Of a stretch of 64,000 bases of DNA, positions 52,562 through 64,000 are shown in pieces. This DNA is from Mobula hypostoma. Lineage: Eukaryota. Below the pieces are notes generated by a model. That model searched no databases and was not told where the DNA came from. It saw nothing but the letters and a program-made list of their open reading frames with translations. The translations under genes and the position numbers were made by a program. The DNA lies in NCBI RefSeq assembly GCF_963921235.1, contig NC_086097.1:92010001-92074000 (forward strand). The letters are read 5' to 3'. Numbering within the stretch: position 1 is the stretch's first letter; every line of letters starts with the position of its first letter.

Positions 52562-53673
52562 AATACTTTATACTTTATTGTCGCCAAACAGTTGGTACTA
52601 GAAAGTACAATCATCACAGCGATATTTGATTCTGCGCTTCACACTCCCTGGATTACAAATATTAAATATTTAAAATATTAAAAATAGTTAAAATTAGTAA
52701 ATATTAAAAAATTAAATTATATATCATAAATAGAAAATTTAAAAATGGGAAGTAAGTTAATGCAAAAAACTGAGAGGCAGGTCTGATATTGGAGGGTATG
52801 GCCCAGATCCGGGTCAGGATCCGTTCAACAGTCTTATCACAGTTGGAAAGAAGCTGTTCCCAAATCTGGCCGTACGAGTCTTCAAGCTCCTGAACCTCCT
52901 CCTGGAGGGAAGAGGGATGAAAAGTGTGTTGGCTGGGTGGGTCGTGTCCTTGATTATCCTGGCACTGCTCCGACAGCGTGCGGTGTAAAGTGAGTCCACG
53001 GACGGAAGATTGGTTTGTGTGATGTGCTCCGCCGTGTTCTTGATCTTCTGCAGCTTCCTTTGGTCTTGGACAGGACAACTCCCATACCAGGTTGTGATGC
53101 ACCCTAGAAGAATGCTTTCTACGGTGCATCTATAAAAGTTAGTGAGGGTTTTAGGGGACAGGCTAAATTTCTTCAGTTTTCTCAGGAAGTAAAGGCGCTG
53201 GAGGGCCTTCTTGGCAGTGAACTCTGCTTGGTTGGACCAAGTCAGGTCACTTGTGGTATTGACCCCGAGGAACTTAAAGCTTTTGACCTGTTCCACTTGC
53301 GCACCACCGATGTAAATTGGGTCGCTACTCCTTCCGAAGTGAACAACCAATTCCTTCGTCTTGTTGATGTTGAGGGATAGGTTATTGTCTTCGCACCATG
53401 CCACCATGTTCTTAATTTCCTCTCTGTACTCAAACTCATCATTACCCGAGATACGGCCTACAATTGTTGTGTCATCAGCAAACTTATATATTGAGTTCGA
53501 TGGAAACTTGGCTATACAATCATGGGTGTACAGTGAGTACAGCAGGGGGCTGAGTACACAGCCTTGTGGGGCACGGGTGCTCAGAGTGATTGTAGAGGAG
53601 AACTTGTCCCCTATTTTTACAGCCTGGGTCCTGTCTGTGAGGAAGTTGAAGATCCAGCTGCAGATCTGAGTGC
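52562..53673 (-). mobile_element. Young 5'-truncated Rex/Babar-clade LINE (open RT C-terminal frame)
   Basis: Uninterrupted frame from about 53670 to the stop at 52814: [57 protein letters not shown]; 3' UTR ends AATAAAGTATAAAGTAT. Confidence 0.9.
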
Positions 53674-54336
53674 TATCTGAATTGTTTCAAGGCAGAGAGA
53701 AATGTCTTCAGCAAAGAGTACCTGCGGGGGAAATTTTAGATGTTACATGTCAGGGAGTGTGTTATTGCTTAAGGAGCATTACATGAGAAAAATACCGAAC
53801 ACAACAAAGTTCAAAGTACATTTATTATCAAAGTACATATACATTATACAATCTTGAGATTCACCTCCTTGAAAGCAGCCACAGAACAAAGAAACCCAAA
53901 AACCTATTACAACAAAAAAGAGACCATCAAACACCTAATGTGCAGGGGGAGAAAAAAACAAATCGTGCAGACAATAAAAGTTAGCAAATAACATGAAGAA
54001 CTGAGGTTCACGAAAGTGAGTCCACAGCCTCAGTTCAGTGCAGGAATGATCAAACCTAACAGAACAGCAAGCCGAGCACCGACTGGCTCATCCTTCTCCG
54101 CCAGCCCTAACACCCTGACATTTTCAATCTGGCCCACTGCTTAAATCGACAACAGAACTTATTGAGAAACACAGATAACCGGGCATGCACTTTTATAAGG
54201 GAGGATGTATTTGGGACAGTACTTTACAATGTCTAATCTTCAGTGGTTTATTATGTGACTCAGAGCCTGAGTTCTGTGCATTTGCTGTCTCCCTTCCTGG
54301 GTATAATTGTTACTCTCTTCTCACTCTCCCTTGCAG

Positions 54337-54438
54337 AGAGCAGACAACGTATGCACCACAAATTTCAAAAAGACCAAAACGAAGGAACAGATTCTTCAGG
54401 TGTTTGAAGATTTTGTCGACGGAAACAAGAACATCATG
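54337..54438 (+). CDS. ITPK coding exon (102 bp)
   Basis: Acceptor ctctcccttgcag|, donor ATG|gtaaca. Translates RADNVCTTNFKKTKTKEQILQVFEDFVDGNKNIM; phase 0-0. Confidence 0.94.
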
Positions 54439-55085
54439 GTAACACTTCTTCAGCAATACCGGACCCAAAGCACCAATACAGTCTGACAAAAGGCTACACA
54501 GTGGTGCAGCGAATAAACTTGTTGCCTCATGGCTCCTGAGACACAGGTTCCTCAGGTGCTGAACGTGTGGAGTTTGCACGTTTTCACTGTGACCCTGTGG
54601 GTTTCTTCCAGGTGCTCCACCATTGCCCCACATCCCAATGGTTGGTCCATTGATCCCTGTAACTCGCCCCTTGTGTGCAAGTGGGTGGTTGAATCTGCGG
54701 CAGGGGTAAAATAGGATTATTGAAAATGGTTGCAGACTCAATGGCTGCTGAAGGGATGGTTTCCCTGCTTCGTGACTTCAGGGCAGTGGGTTAAGAAACA
54801 AGACTGGGAGTTAAGAGAACCAAATAGGATATAATGCACAATATCAGGGTGGTCGGGTGTTTGGGCGGTATGTGTCGGAGTGGCAGGGTTGACCCAGGGG
54901 TGGCGGGGGGGCGGGGGTCAGCTAATGAAGAAAGAATGGGATCACCTGATCCCAACTTGTCCAGGTGAGCACCCCACCCATCACCAGCAGGTATTACCAG
55001 CACAAGACCAGGGACAGGCTCTACGTTATCTCAATCCCTGTCGTGTGACTGACTATGTGTATTTCTGAATTCTTTGAACATGTAG

Positions 55086-55157
55086 AAAGCCTACCTGATG
55101 CGACTGCTTGAGATCCAGGAAGCCCTGGAGTCTTCTGACTTCTTCAAAGTGCATGAG
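55086..55157 (+). CDS. ITPK coding exon (72 bp)
   Basis: Acceptor catgtag|, donor GAG|gtaggt. Translates KAYLMRLLEIQEALESSDFFKVHE, matching ITPK LExSxFFKxHE. Confidence 0.93.
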
Positions 55158-55334
55158 GTAGGTGTCAGCTTGTTGTTAGTCTGAAAATCATGGGATAAAC
55201 AGGGAGCACTCCAGAATTGAGTGCTGAATTTTCCCTGGATTTTCTTTCTATTCATAATGAATTGGGAACCACAGATCAGAAACTTTCCCTAACTGGTGTC
55301 CACTGGTCCTGACACAGAAGTACAATCAGGCTTA

Positions 55335-55750
55335 TTATTACTAACTGCCTGTTAACACCGCTGGTGTTTAGGGCAGCAGTGAAGGCTTTCCCTCTCTGGC
55401 AGTGGTCAGAGCTTCCTTCATCATGTCACTGTCTTCCTCTTGGTTTTCACTACTGTCAGTCATCCAAGTCCCGGGTGGAGACTCAGGAATACTGTCGGAC
55501 TCAGATGTAGAAAGATTCTTCATTGCTGTTTCCATAACAATTTTGTTTGACCAGTTAGGGTTGTTAGCCCCGAACCTGGAGGATCGATGGACCACTCTTA
55601 GTCTGGCCTCTACCCTTTGACCTGTTTGGCATAGGTGACCCTACCAAGAGCCAAATCATAAAGTCCTGACTCCAGCCAACACAGCTCTCCAGGTCCCTGA
55701 GGCACGCAAGCCTCTAAACCATGACAAGCTTGTGGCCCTCTTGGAGGACC
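55335..55750 (-). mobile_element. Non-autonomous RTE-derived element, second copy
   Basis: Minus 5' end CCACAAGCTTGTCATGG..GGCTTGCGTGCCTCA..GGTAGGGTCACC.ATGCCAAACAGGTC resembles RTE (Expander/BovB-like) 5' UTRs; RTE-type 3' end. Confidence 0.6.
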
Positions 55751-57033
55751 ACTGACTTAGATGACATGACAATTGTTCTACAGCAACAATACAGTGCAAA
55801 GACATTAAAAAATACTATAAATTACAAAATAAATGAATAGTGTAAAAAATAAATAAGACATAGTGTTCTTGGGTTCATGGACTTTGTTCAGAATTCTGAT
55901 GATGGAGGGAAGGAAGCTGTTTCTAAATCATTGAGTGTGTGTCTTCAGGCTCCTGTACCATCACCCTGATGGAAGTAATGAGAAAAGGGCCTGTACGAGA
56001 TGCTGAGGCTCCTTAAAGGTTGGTGCTGCTTTCTTAAGGTTGCAAGCACGATGGAGCTGGCTGACACTACTACTCTCTGCAGTCGGTTTTGATTTTGTGC
56101 ATTGCATCCTCTATAAGAGGCTGTGATACAACCAGAGTGCCAGAGTGCCCTCCACAGTACAACTGCAGAAATTTGCAAGTGTCTTTGGTCTGGTTCCATA
56201 CACTATTGGTTTCTCACTCTTACAACTTTATTGGGATAATCGCTCTTACTTCATCAAATCTCTTAAGCCTGCAGAGTCCATAAGACATAGGAGCAGAATT
56301 AGGCCATTCAGCCCATCGAATCTGCTCCACCATTCCACCATGGGTGATCCCTGCCTTCACGCTATATCCTTTGATGCCCTGACCGATCAGGAAACGATCA
56401 ACTTCCACCCAAAATATACACACGGACTTGGCCTCCACCGCAGTCTGTGGCAGGCATTCCACAGATTCATCACTCTCAGGCTAAAAAAATTCCTCCCACC
56501 TCTGTTCTAAAGGGTCGCTCCTCAATTCTGAGGCAGTGTCCTCTAGTTCTGGATAACCCCGCCCTAGGGGGGTATGTTTGTAATAGGGAAGATTAGCTTG
56601 GAGTCCCTCTGCAGGCCTGGTTGTCAATATTAGCACCAATTGCTTGTCTGAAGTGTCTTGCAGTGCCCCTGCATTAGTTCAGCAACTTTTTCATTGGCAG
56701 TTAAGTGGCATAGTAGTTAAGTAGTTAACTGGGGGTGTTGCTATGTGCCAGAGGGAAGTGTGTTTTTTAGAAGTTCGCCTTGCAGGGGTGCAAGGATCCC
56801 CTGAATGTGGGCTGGGCTAAGAGGTGCAAGGGCAAGTTGAGTGAGAGGCAAGGTATGAACGTTAGGACAGGGCCAGTTTCTGCTTGGCCTAAGAGGAGAA
56901 GGGTGAGCGCTGAAGTCTGCTCTAAGTAATTTTTTTGTTGTACCCATGTGTACATGACAATAAACTTAAGTCTGACTTTGGAGTGTCGGGTAACCTCAGA
57001 TACGACACTAGTACTAATTAATGCACTTTGCAC

Positions 57034-57826
57034 TTTGGCAGAAGAAATAAACGGGCAGACTATTATTTAAATGGGGAGAGAATTCAAAATTCTGAGATGC
57101 AGTGGGACTTGGGAGTCCTTGTACAGGATACCCTTGAGGTTAACCTCCAGGTTGAATCGGTGGTGAAGAAGGCGAATGCAATGTTGGCATTCATTTCTAG
57201 AGGAATAGAGTATAGGAGCAGAGATGTGATGTTGAGGCTCTATAAGGTACTGGTGAGACCTCACTTGGAGTACTGTGGGCAGTTTTGGTCTCCTTATTTA
57301 AGAAAGGATGTGCTGACGTTGGAGAGGGTACAGAGAAGATTCACTAGAATGATTCCGGGAATGAGAGGGTTAACATATGAGGAACGTTTGTCCACTCTTG
57401 GACTGTATTCCTTGGAGTTTAGAAGAATGAGGGGGGACCTCATAGAAACATTTCGAATGTTGAAAGGCATGGACAGAGTGGATGTGGCAAAGTTGTTTCC
57501 ATGATGGGGGAGACTAGTACGAGAGGGTATGACTTAAGGATTGAAGGGGGCCCATTCAGAACAGAAATGCGAAGAAATTTTTTTAGCCAGAGGGTGGTGA
57601 ATCTATGGAATTTTTTGCCATGGTCGGCAGTGGAGGCCAAGTCATTGGGTGTATTTAAGGCAGAGATTGATAGGTATCTGAGTAGCCAGGGCATCAAAGG
57701 TTATGGTGAGAAGGCGGGGGAGTGGGACTAAATGGGAGAATGGATCAGCTCGTGATATAATGGCGGAGCAGACTCGATGGGCCGAATGGCCGACTTCTGC
57801 TCCTTTGTCTTATGGTCTTACGGTCT
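57034..57826 (+). mobile_element. Relatively young CR1 LINE 3' fragment
   Basis: ORFs 57028-57504 and 57501-57731 (RPHLEYCGQFWSP, FFSQRVVNLWN), one frameshift, (TATGGTCT)n-like tail. Confidence 0.9.
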
Positions 57827-58433
57827 TAATTTCGTCAGCTCGTGGGTGTCCTCGAGAGAGAGCATCAGAGCTTCTCTTTCTGAGTCGCACATTTTGCTAA
57901 TTTTCCTTCTGCTCCTTGTCTAATCTTAACTTTAGATTTGGAAAGGAAGGGTCAACAGAGTCATGTTGAACAGTGTTGTGGGGGGGGGGGAGCTGCTCAG
58001 TTTGCTTCTGATAATGGTGGGTGGGGTGGGGTGAACTCCTGCAAAGTCCCACTAGATTCTCCTGGACCTGGAGGAATGTGGGAGGAGAGGTGCAGACTGC
58101 CCGCATCCATAACCAGAAGCCAGTGCTGAAAGAAATTCAATCCGGAGTCCTTCCCCACTCTACTCGACACCCCTGGTGCCACTCTCAATCCTCCGCCTCT
58201 TACCAGGGGAATCGCACTTCATGTCGGAAATCATTACAGAGCAACTCCAAGTTCCTTAAGCATCCCAGTAGTTGTTGGTGCGTGTGGTCAACTGTAATTC
58301 AGTTTTAAAATCCTCCTCCTTGTTTTCAGATTCCTCCATTCCCTCACCTCCATTTATCGGTGCAGTCTGATTGAGTCAGGCCCTTCAGCCCATTGGGTTT
58401 ATGGCAACAATCAGGATCCCATTTGCATTAATC

Positions 58434-58513
58434 CAGGGGTTTCCAGCTGGGGTCCACAGGACCCTCAGTTAATGGTAGGGGACCATGGCATAAAAAAAGA
58501 TTGGGAACCCATG
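58434..58513. mobile_element. 80-bp hAT-type MITE
   Basis: CAGGGGTTTCCA.../...TGGGAACCCATG ends; 8-bp TSD cattaatc/cactaatc (7/8). Confidence 0.7.
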
Positions 58514-59049
58514 CACTAATCCTGTTTTATTTGCTCCACGTTCACATCAGCTCACTAAAGATTCTACTGCTCAATGACACAGGATGGGCAACTTACAGCG
58601 GTGAATTAACCTACCAAACTACACGTCTTTAGGAGACGTTAATTAAATCAACATCACTCTCACCGGAGAAGTTAGATGATTTTTTAAAAATGTTTCTAGT
58701 ATTTTATAACCGAGTTTCTCAAGTGCTGTTTTGCGACCATACATTTTAATGTTAACAACAATAAGTGGAACTTAAATAGCTGCTTTACCATAGTAAATGT
58801 TTGCAACAAACCTCACTATTGAACACATTTCACTGCTGAGCTACACATATATGACAAAAATAATGTCATCTCCTGTGCTGCAACTACAGTCCTATACCAG
58901 CTCATTGAGGATTAATTTCATTGCTCCACTACTTAGGGCCCTGCTTTCCATTGCCAAGGTTCTCAGTTTGGAAATTCGCTCCCTAGCCCTCTCTGTCCAT
59001 TTACGTATAAGTTATTGTTGTTAATTTGCAGTCTGTTGCCCAATCTAGT

Positions 59050-59345
59050 GGGCGTGTGACACAGTAGCATAATGGCTAGCATCACACTTTACAGTATATG
59101 CGACCCGGGTTCAATTCCTGCCGCTGCCTGTAAGGAGTTTTGTGCCTTCTCCCCATGGCCACGTGAGTTTCCTCTGGGTGCTCCAGTTTCCTCCCACAGT
59201 TCAAAAACATACCAGTTGGTAGGTTAATTGGTCATTGTAAATTGTCCTGTGATTGGGCTGGGATTAAATTGGGATATTGCTGGGCAGCATGGCTCAGAGG
59301 ACCAGAAAGGTCTAACTCATGCTGTAACTCAATAAATAAATAAGA
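59050..59345 (+). mobile_element. tRNA-derived SINE (V-SINE/HE1-like); related copies near 12470, 23938, 38550, 54495 (+) and 19880, 33020 (-)
   Basis: A/B-box-like head (GGGTTCAATTCC), central GGAGTTT..TTCTCCCC.TG...GTTTCCTC domain, (AATA)n tail. Confidence 0.75.
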
Positions 59346-59833
59346 AAAAATCTAGCTCCTCCTTTGATAGGTTCTAAAATAACTCATTTGCCCTCGGATA
59401 TTGGCTGCTAGTTCATTAGCTCTTGGTGAATCTGTGCATACAGTCTGTTTTGCCACCTTTGACAAGCCACACTTGACAGCTTGACCCAACTATTACCTTT
59501 CCTTGTTGCTAAAGCTCCAGTTATCCCAGAGAATTTCAGATTTCTGCTGGCTTCTTGTTTTTCTTCTGAGAAGACTTTCCAGGTAGAGGATTATGCTAAT
59601 TTCTTCTAGATACTCCCATCAAAAAGAATAGTCTCTACCACATCTGTTAAAAACCTGTTAGCATTTTAAACATCTCAGCCAAATACCTCCTCATTTATGC
59701 AATTGTTCTGACGTAGCTTCATCCTATATTATTCTGGTGAAGGTACAAACGTTTGTAAATTTCATCTTGGTGTGGGAGTGTTCTGAATCCTGGAGCCATG
59801 TTATTGATGTCCACCCTTCTGCACTTGATACAG

Positions 59834-60043
59834 GTTATTGGGAGCTCTTTGCTGTTTATCCATGACAAGAGTGAGGTAGCCAAGATTTGGCTGATTGACT
59901 TTGGCAAAACCAGAAAGCTACCAAATGGACAGACTCTTAACCACCGCCTGAGGTGGCAGGAGGGCAACAGAGAAGATGGCTACCTCTGGGGGCTCGACAA
60001 CATAATTAACATTACAACCACGATCTTGGAGGACAAGCGGTGA
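59834..60043 (+). CDS. ITPK terminal coding exon (SSLL and IDFG motifs, TGA stop)
   Basis: Acceptor ttgatacag|. Translates [26 protein letters not shown]...[37 protein letters not shown] here, with NFKKT and EDFVDG in the earlier exon, recalls ITPKC. Confidence 0.96.
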   Translation, partial: VIGSSLLFIHDKSEVAKIWLIDFGKTRKLPNGQTLNHRLRWQEGNREDGYLWGLDNIINITTTILEDKR

Positions 60044-61090
60044 TTCCTGGCCAGGACTTTCTTTGCTGTGGGTTTTCCGTTGGGAACCTGCAAGGTTATC
60101 TGACTAGGTTTTTGAATGTGGGTGCATTACTACAATTCCTGCTAGTAAGACAGTGGGCAAAAAAAAGAGAAAGAATGAAATGGTGAGACAAAATTAAGGC
60201 TTCTCCATTGACCAGAAACTTTCTTGAGTAATGGGCTCAGATCATGAATGCAATAATACCCAGAGAAAAATAGTCTCTACGCAGTGAGTGGGTCAGCTTG
60301 TCAAGTGGGAAATAGGGTTACTGTTGTAACAGAACAGTTGCAAGTGATTGTTTTTGGCAAAAGTAAAAAAACTTAGGTTTTTCCCCCTGAAGAAATGATG
60401 AATTCAGATGAATATTAATGAAGCACCTATAAACAAGCTTCTCTCCAGATATTCACTTCTGCCTCCTTGTGGCCAGTTTGAAAGCAGCAGCAGCCAAGGA
60501 AAGTTTGGTTTCCATACTCCCCTTGGCCCTGTCCTGTAACATACCCTTGCGATCTCTTTTGTCTCAAGTGTGAAATGGCATCTGAGGTAGGAAATGGACT
60601 AATATTTTTCTAAGGAATCTTTCACTGTGTGCCTCCTTGCATTTCTATTGCAGCTTTCACAACCTCAGGATATTTTTAAGCCCCTTTCAGCCAATTTAGT
60701 ACTTTTCAAGTGTGCTCACAGGAAAGCAACTGGTCAATATGTTTGCAGCAAGCTCTGGGCAAACAACAATGACTGATGGTTGAGTTTTAGCCATTGGCCA
60801 GGAGGCCAGGGAGAATTTCACTGTTCTCCAGAAATGTGTCACAGAACTCTTACGCAGACTGAAGAACATGACCGAAAGGAAGTCAGTGCAACTCTTGGCA
60901 TTTATCTGCAGTGTGAGCTGAGATCCCAGAGTGGGACCTGAGACACAGTTAGACAGTCCTTCTGTGATGTTGCTGTAAGCAAGTATTTCATTGCACCTGT
61001 ACCTCCCAGTACTTGTGCACATAACAATAAACTCGACTCAATCTGAACTGACGTTGCTTTATAAATAAAGTTAGTGTAGACAAGGCTTTG
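60044..61090 (+). other. Probable ITPK 3' UTR with candidate poly(A) signals
   Basis: Follows the stop codon; AATAAA hexamers at about 61026 and 61064. The true end is unknown. Confidence 0.45.
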
Positions 61091-61589
61091 CTACTTACTT
61101 GGAGCTACCTGTGACAAGGCACTGATCAAGTGGAGCCCAATGGTGCAGACACTGACAAGCACAAAGATATATTACACTAAAATTGCAAATTTTAAAAGTA
61201 ATAATTCTGACCAATATTCACTGTAACGACTGCACATTAAAACAGAACAAAGAAACAGTACACTAGACATTTCCTGTTGCTATGTCATTAAGAACTTAAA
61301 ACACAGAATACAGCACAGTACTTCCTTGGCCCAGAAGAAAGATGTTTTGTAATACATAACAGATACAATGGATTACTAATTCATTGTTTGCATATCTGCA
61401 CACAATAAATTTCTATAAAACAAACATCTCACTTCAAAGCACAAATGTAACAAGCCGTTAACATTCTGATATTACTTAGCATCCGGCAGTGTAAAACTCT
61501 GAAAGACCCGCATCTCTTTACCGGCATGATCTACAGTTTGTAGGACCCACGTCTCCTAGAATAAATCTCTGGCCATTCTTTAAACTATC

Positions 61590-61812
61590 TGATATCATCA
61601 GTGTCCTCACTCTAACACTCTATATATCACTCACCCCTCACAGCAACAATATATGCACCTCCCACACCGTAAGAGACTGAAATACTCCACCCTCTTACAC
61701 GTACTACACACATTTTGATACAACCCACATCCTCTACGTAACACTTTAATGCATCCCACACCCCTCCATAACACGGATGTATTCTACACCTCACACTTTA
61801 ACACTCTTAGAG

Positions 61813-61844
<32 letters not shown>

Positions 61845-61980
61845 ATATAACACTGATATACACCCCTCCCTATAGTCTCATACCCTGACTATAACACCCT
61901 GATATATCTCAAGTCCTCTTTATAACAATCTGATATACTCCACGCCTCTTACTAAAATACTGATACATCCCAACCCCAAC
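61590..61980. repeat. Degenerate about 30-bp satellite-like array (TAACACTGATATA.CCCACAC motif) with an embedded (AT)n
   Basis: Recurrent taacac/ctgata/cccacac words spaced about 30 bp apart. Confidence 0.65.
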
Positions 61981-62179
61981 AGACAGACTTTAAGATGCTC
62001 CCATCATAGGAAATAAATTCTCTGTTTCTTTTTGTACCACTTTAAAAATTTCCATCATATCACCTTGCCAGTGTCTAAACTCTGAGCAGTGGAAACCTCA
62101 TTAATGTAATCTCCTTTATCAATGTAAACCTTAAAATTCTGCCGTTATTGTGGTGTGTGTAGTATTGTAAGACAATAAT

Positions 62180-63180
62180 AACTTAAGACATAGGAGCAGA
62201 ATTAGGTCTTTTGGCCCATGGAGTCTGCTCTGGCATTTCATCATGGCTGATCCATTTTCCCTCTCAGCCCCAGTCTCCTGCCTTTTCCCCATATCCCTTC
62301 ATACCCTGACATAATTGAATGGCTGAGCAGACTCAACAGGCTAAATGGCCTAATTCTGCTCCTATGTCTTATGGTATAATGGTCTAATCAAGAACCTACC
62401 GATCTCTCCCGAATCACTTGGCCTCCACAGCCGTCTGTGGCAATGAATTCCACAGATTCACCACTCTCTGGCTAAAGAAATTCCTCCTTGTCTCCATTCT
62501 AAAAGGATGTTCCTCTATTCTGAGGCTGTGTCCTCTGGTCTTAGACTCCCCCCACCATAAGAAACATCTCCACGTCCACTCTATCGAGGTTTTTCAACAT
62601 TCTATAGGTTTCAATGAGGTCACCCCTCATTCTTCTGAATTCCAGTAAGTAGAGGCCCAGAGCTATCAAAAGTCATATGATAAGCCTTTCAATCATTGAA
62701 TCAATTTCGTGAACCTCCTTTGAACCCTCTCCAATGTCAGCACATTGGGGCCCAAACTGCTCACAATACTCTAAGTGAGGCCTCACCGGTGATTTATAAA
62801 GCGTAATCCTTGCTTGTATATTCTAGTCCTCTCAAAATAAATGCTTCCTCACCACTGACTCAACCTGCAAATTAACCTTTAGGGAATCCTGCATGAAGAC
62901 TCCCAATTCCCTTTGCACCATAGATTTTTGAATTTTCTCTCCGTTCAGAAAATAGTCTATATTTTTATTTCTTCTATCGAAGTGCATGACCAGACACTTC
63001 CCGACACTGTATTCCATCTGCCAGTTCTTTGCCCATTCCAATCTGTTTAAATCCTTCTGTAGCCTCTCTACTTACTCAAAACCACCTACCCCTCCAATTT
63101 GTCTTTGTATTGGCCACGAAGATATCTGTTCCATCATCCACATCATTGACATATAACATAATAAGAAGCGGTCCCAACGT
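62180..63180 (-). mobile_element. CR1 LINE fragment
   Basis: WAKNWQMEYSVGKCLVMHF and QRELGVFMQDSL on minus; CR1 3' UTR. Confidence 0.82.
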
Positions 63181-64000
63181 TAAGAGCAGACATTTTTCCC
63201 AAGTAAATATTGGGAAAACGAAAGCCATCACCTCAAGCTCCTGGAAGAAATTTCATTTTCTAGCCACTGACTCCAATCTATTCCCTGTTGGAACTTAATC
63301 AATTTCTGTTAAAACTCATCTAATGCTGATAATCTGGCCCACACTTTTATTGCTTCTAAACATGATGCTCCAGCAGTCACATGGTTGATCTACTGTGAAT
63401 TTGAGGTTGCATCAAACGCTCTTCCAACCATTTCCTAACTTGCAATCACCATCATCCCCTGTTGCTCCAGTGTTTCTGACCAGTGTCAAGTCTTCCATTT
63501 TATTTCAGTATCTGCTTAACATCTCCATGTGGTTCAGTGTTAACGTTTGTTTGATATCACTACTTGGGACATTTTGACTTCTTAAAGGTGCTATCTGACG
63601 CAAGCTGTTGTTTGAATCTGCTAAGGGGAATATATCCTTCCTGAGCGCACTCCATTAGCTTATCCCTACAATGGAGCTGATGGTCCACCATTTATTGGGC
63701 TCCCTTCCGGAGCTCTCCTGCTACTGAAGGCCTGGCCTTTCCTGAAAGATTTACTCTTTCTCCCGACTCACTAACAATGGGACACTCCAGTTCCAAGATG
63801 TGGTGACACAGCAAACCTGAGAAAATGCAGATCAGTTGCCAGTCCAAGGTGAACTCCAAAAGCAAAGGCGAGCTGTTCCTAGCTACCTCAGTTGACTAAA
63901 GTTAAGCCTAATGCAAACATTTGACGCAGATAGTTGTATCAAGTTGATCGACTGTGTTGGGACACTGGCGTTTCATCTACTGAATCAGGATTCAAATGGA

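Noticed and set aside
59050..59125. Functional tRNA gene at SINE heads
   Set aside because: Has A/B-box-like motifs but no cloverleaf, and continues into a SINE body; multicopy.
37425..60043. Firm gene symbol ITPKC
   Set aside because: Family assignment is secure, but orthology cannot be fixed without phylogeny and synteny, so the symbol is left blank.

Overview
Eukaryotic, repeat-rich genomic DNA. The repeat inventory (CR1, Rex/Babar, L1, Penelope-like elements, V-SINE-type tRNA-derived SINEs, Tc1/mariner and hAT MITEs) suggests a cartilaginous fish, probably a ray; this is inferred from repeat families only. The one well-supported gene is a + strand inositol-trisphosphate 3-kinase (ITPK family, closest in diagnostic residues to ITPKC). 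Its six GT-AG exons (37425-37524, 40320-40533, 46139-46343, 54337-54438, 55086-55157, 59834-60043) splice in frame to 300 codons plus stop. The catalytic motifs are intact, but the calmodulin-binding helix has lost its Trp and hydrophobic anchors, and no canonical large N-terminal exon is visible. Most of the rest is transposon debris. Highlights: (1) about a dozen minimal type-I hammerhead ribozyme motifs in Penelope pseudo-LTRs, two with a complete catalytic core; (2) an RNase H-bearing I/Nimb-type LINE fragment with intact catalytic residues, abutting an LTR-like piece and a Tc1 remnant; (3) a 14-bp minisatellite with a 9-bp flanking duplication, apparently built from local templates; (4) a tRNA-Gly(GCC) pseudogene; (5) a Harbinger transposase fossil; (6) two non-autonomous RTE-derived elements with a structured 5' end; (7) low-confidence orphan exons of possible neighbouring genes. 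Repeat boundaries are approximate and read by eye. Comparisons to human proteins and repeat consensuses are from memory, not database searches.
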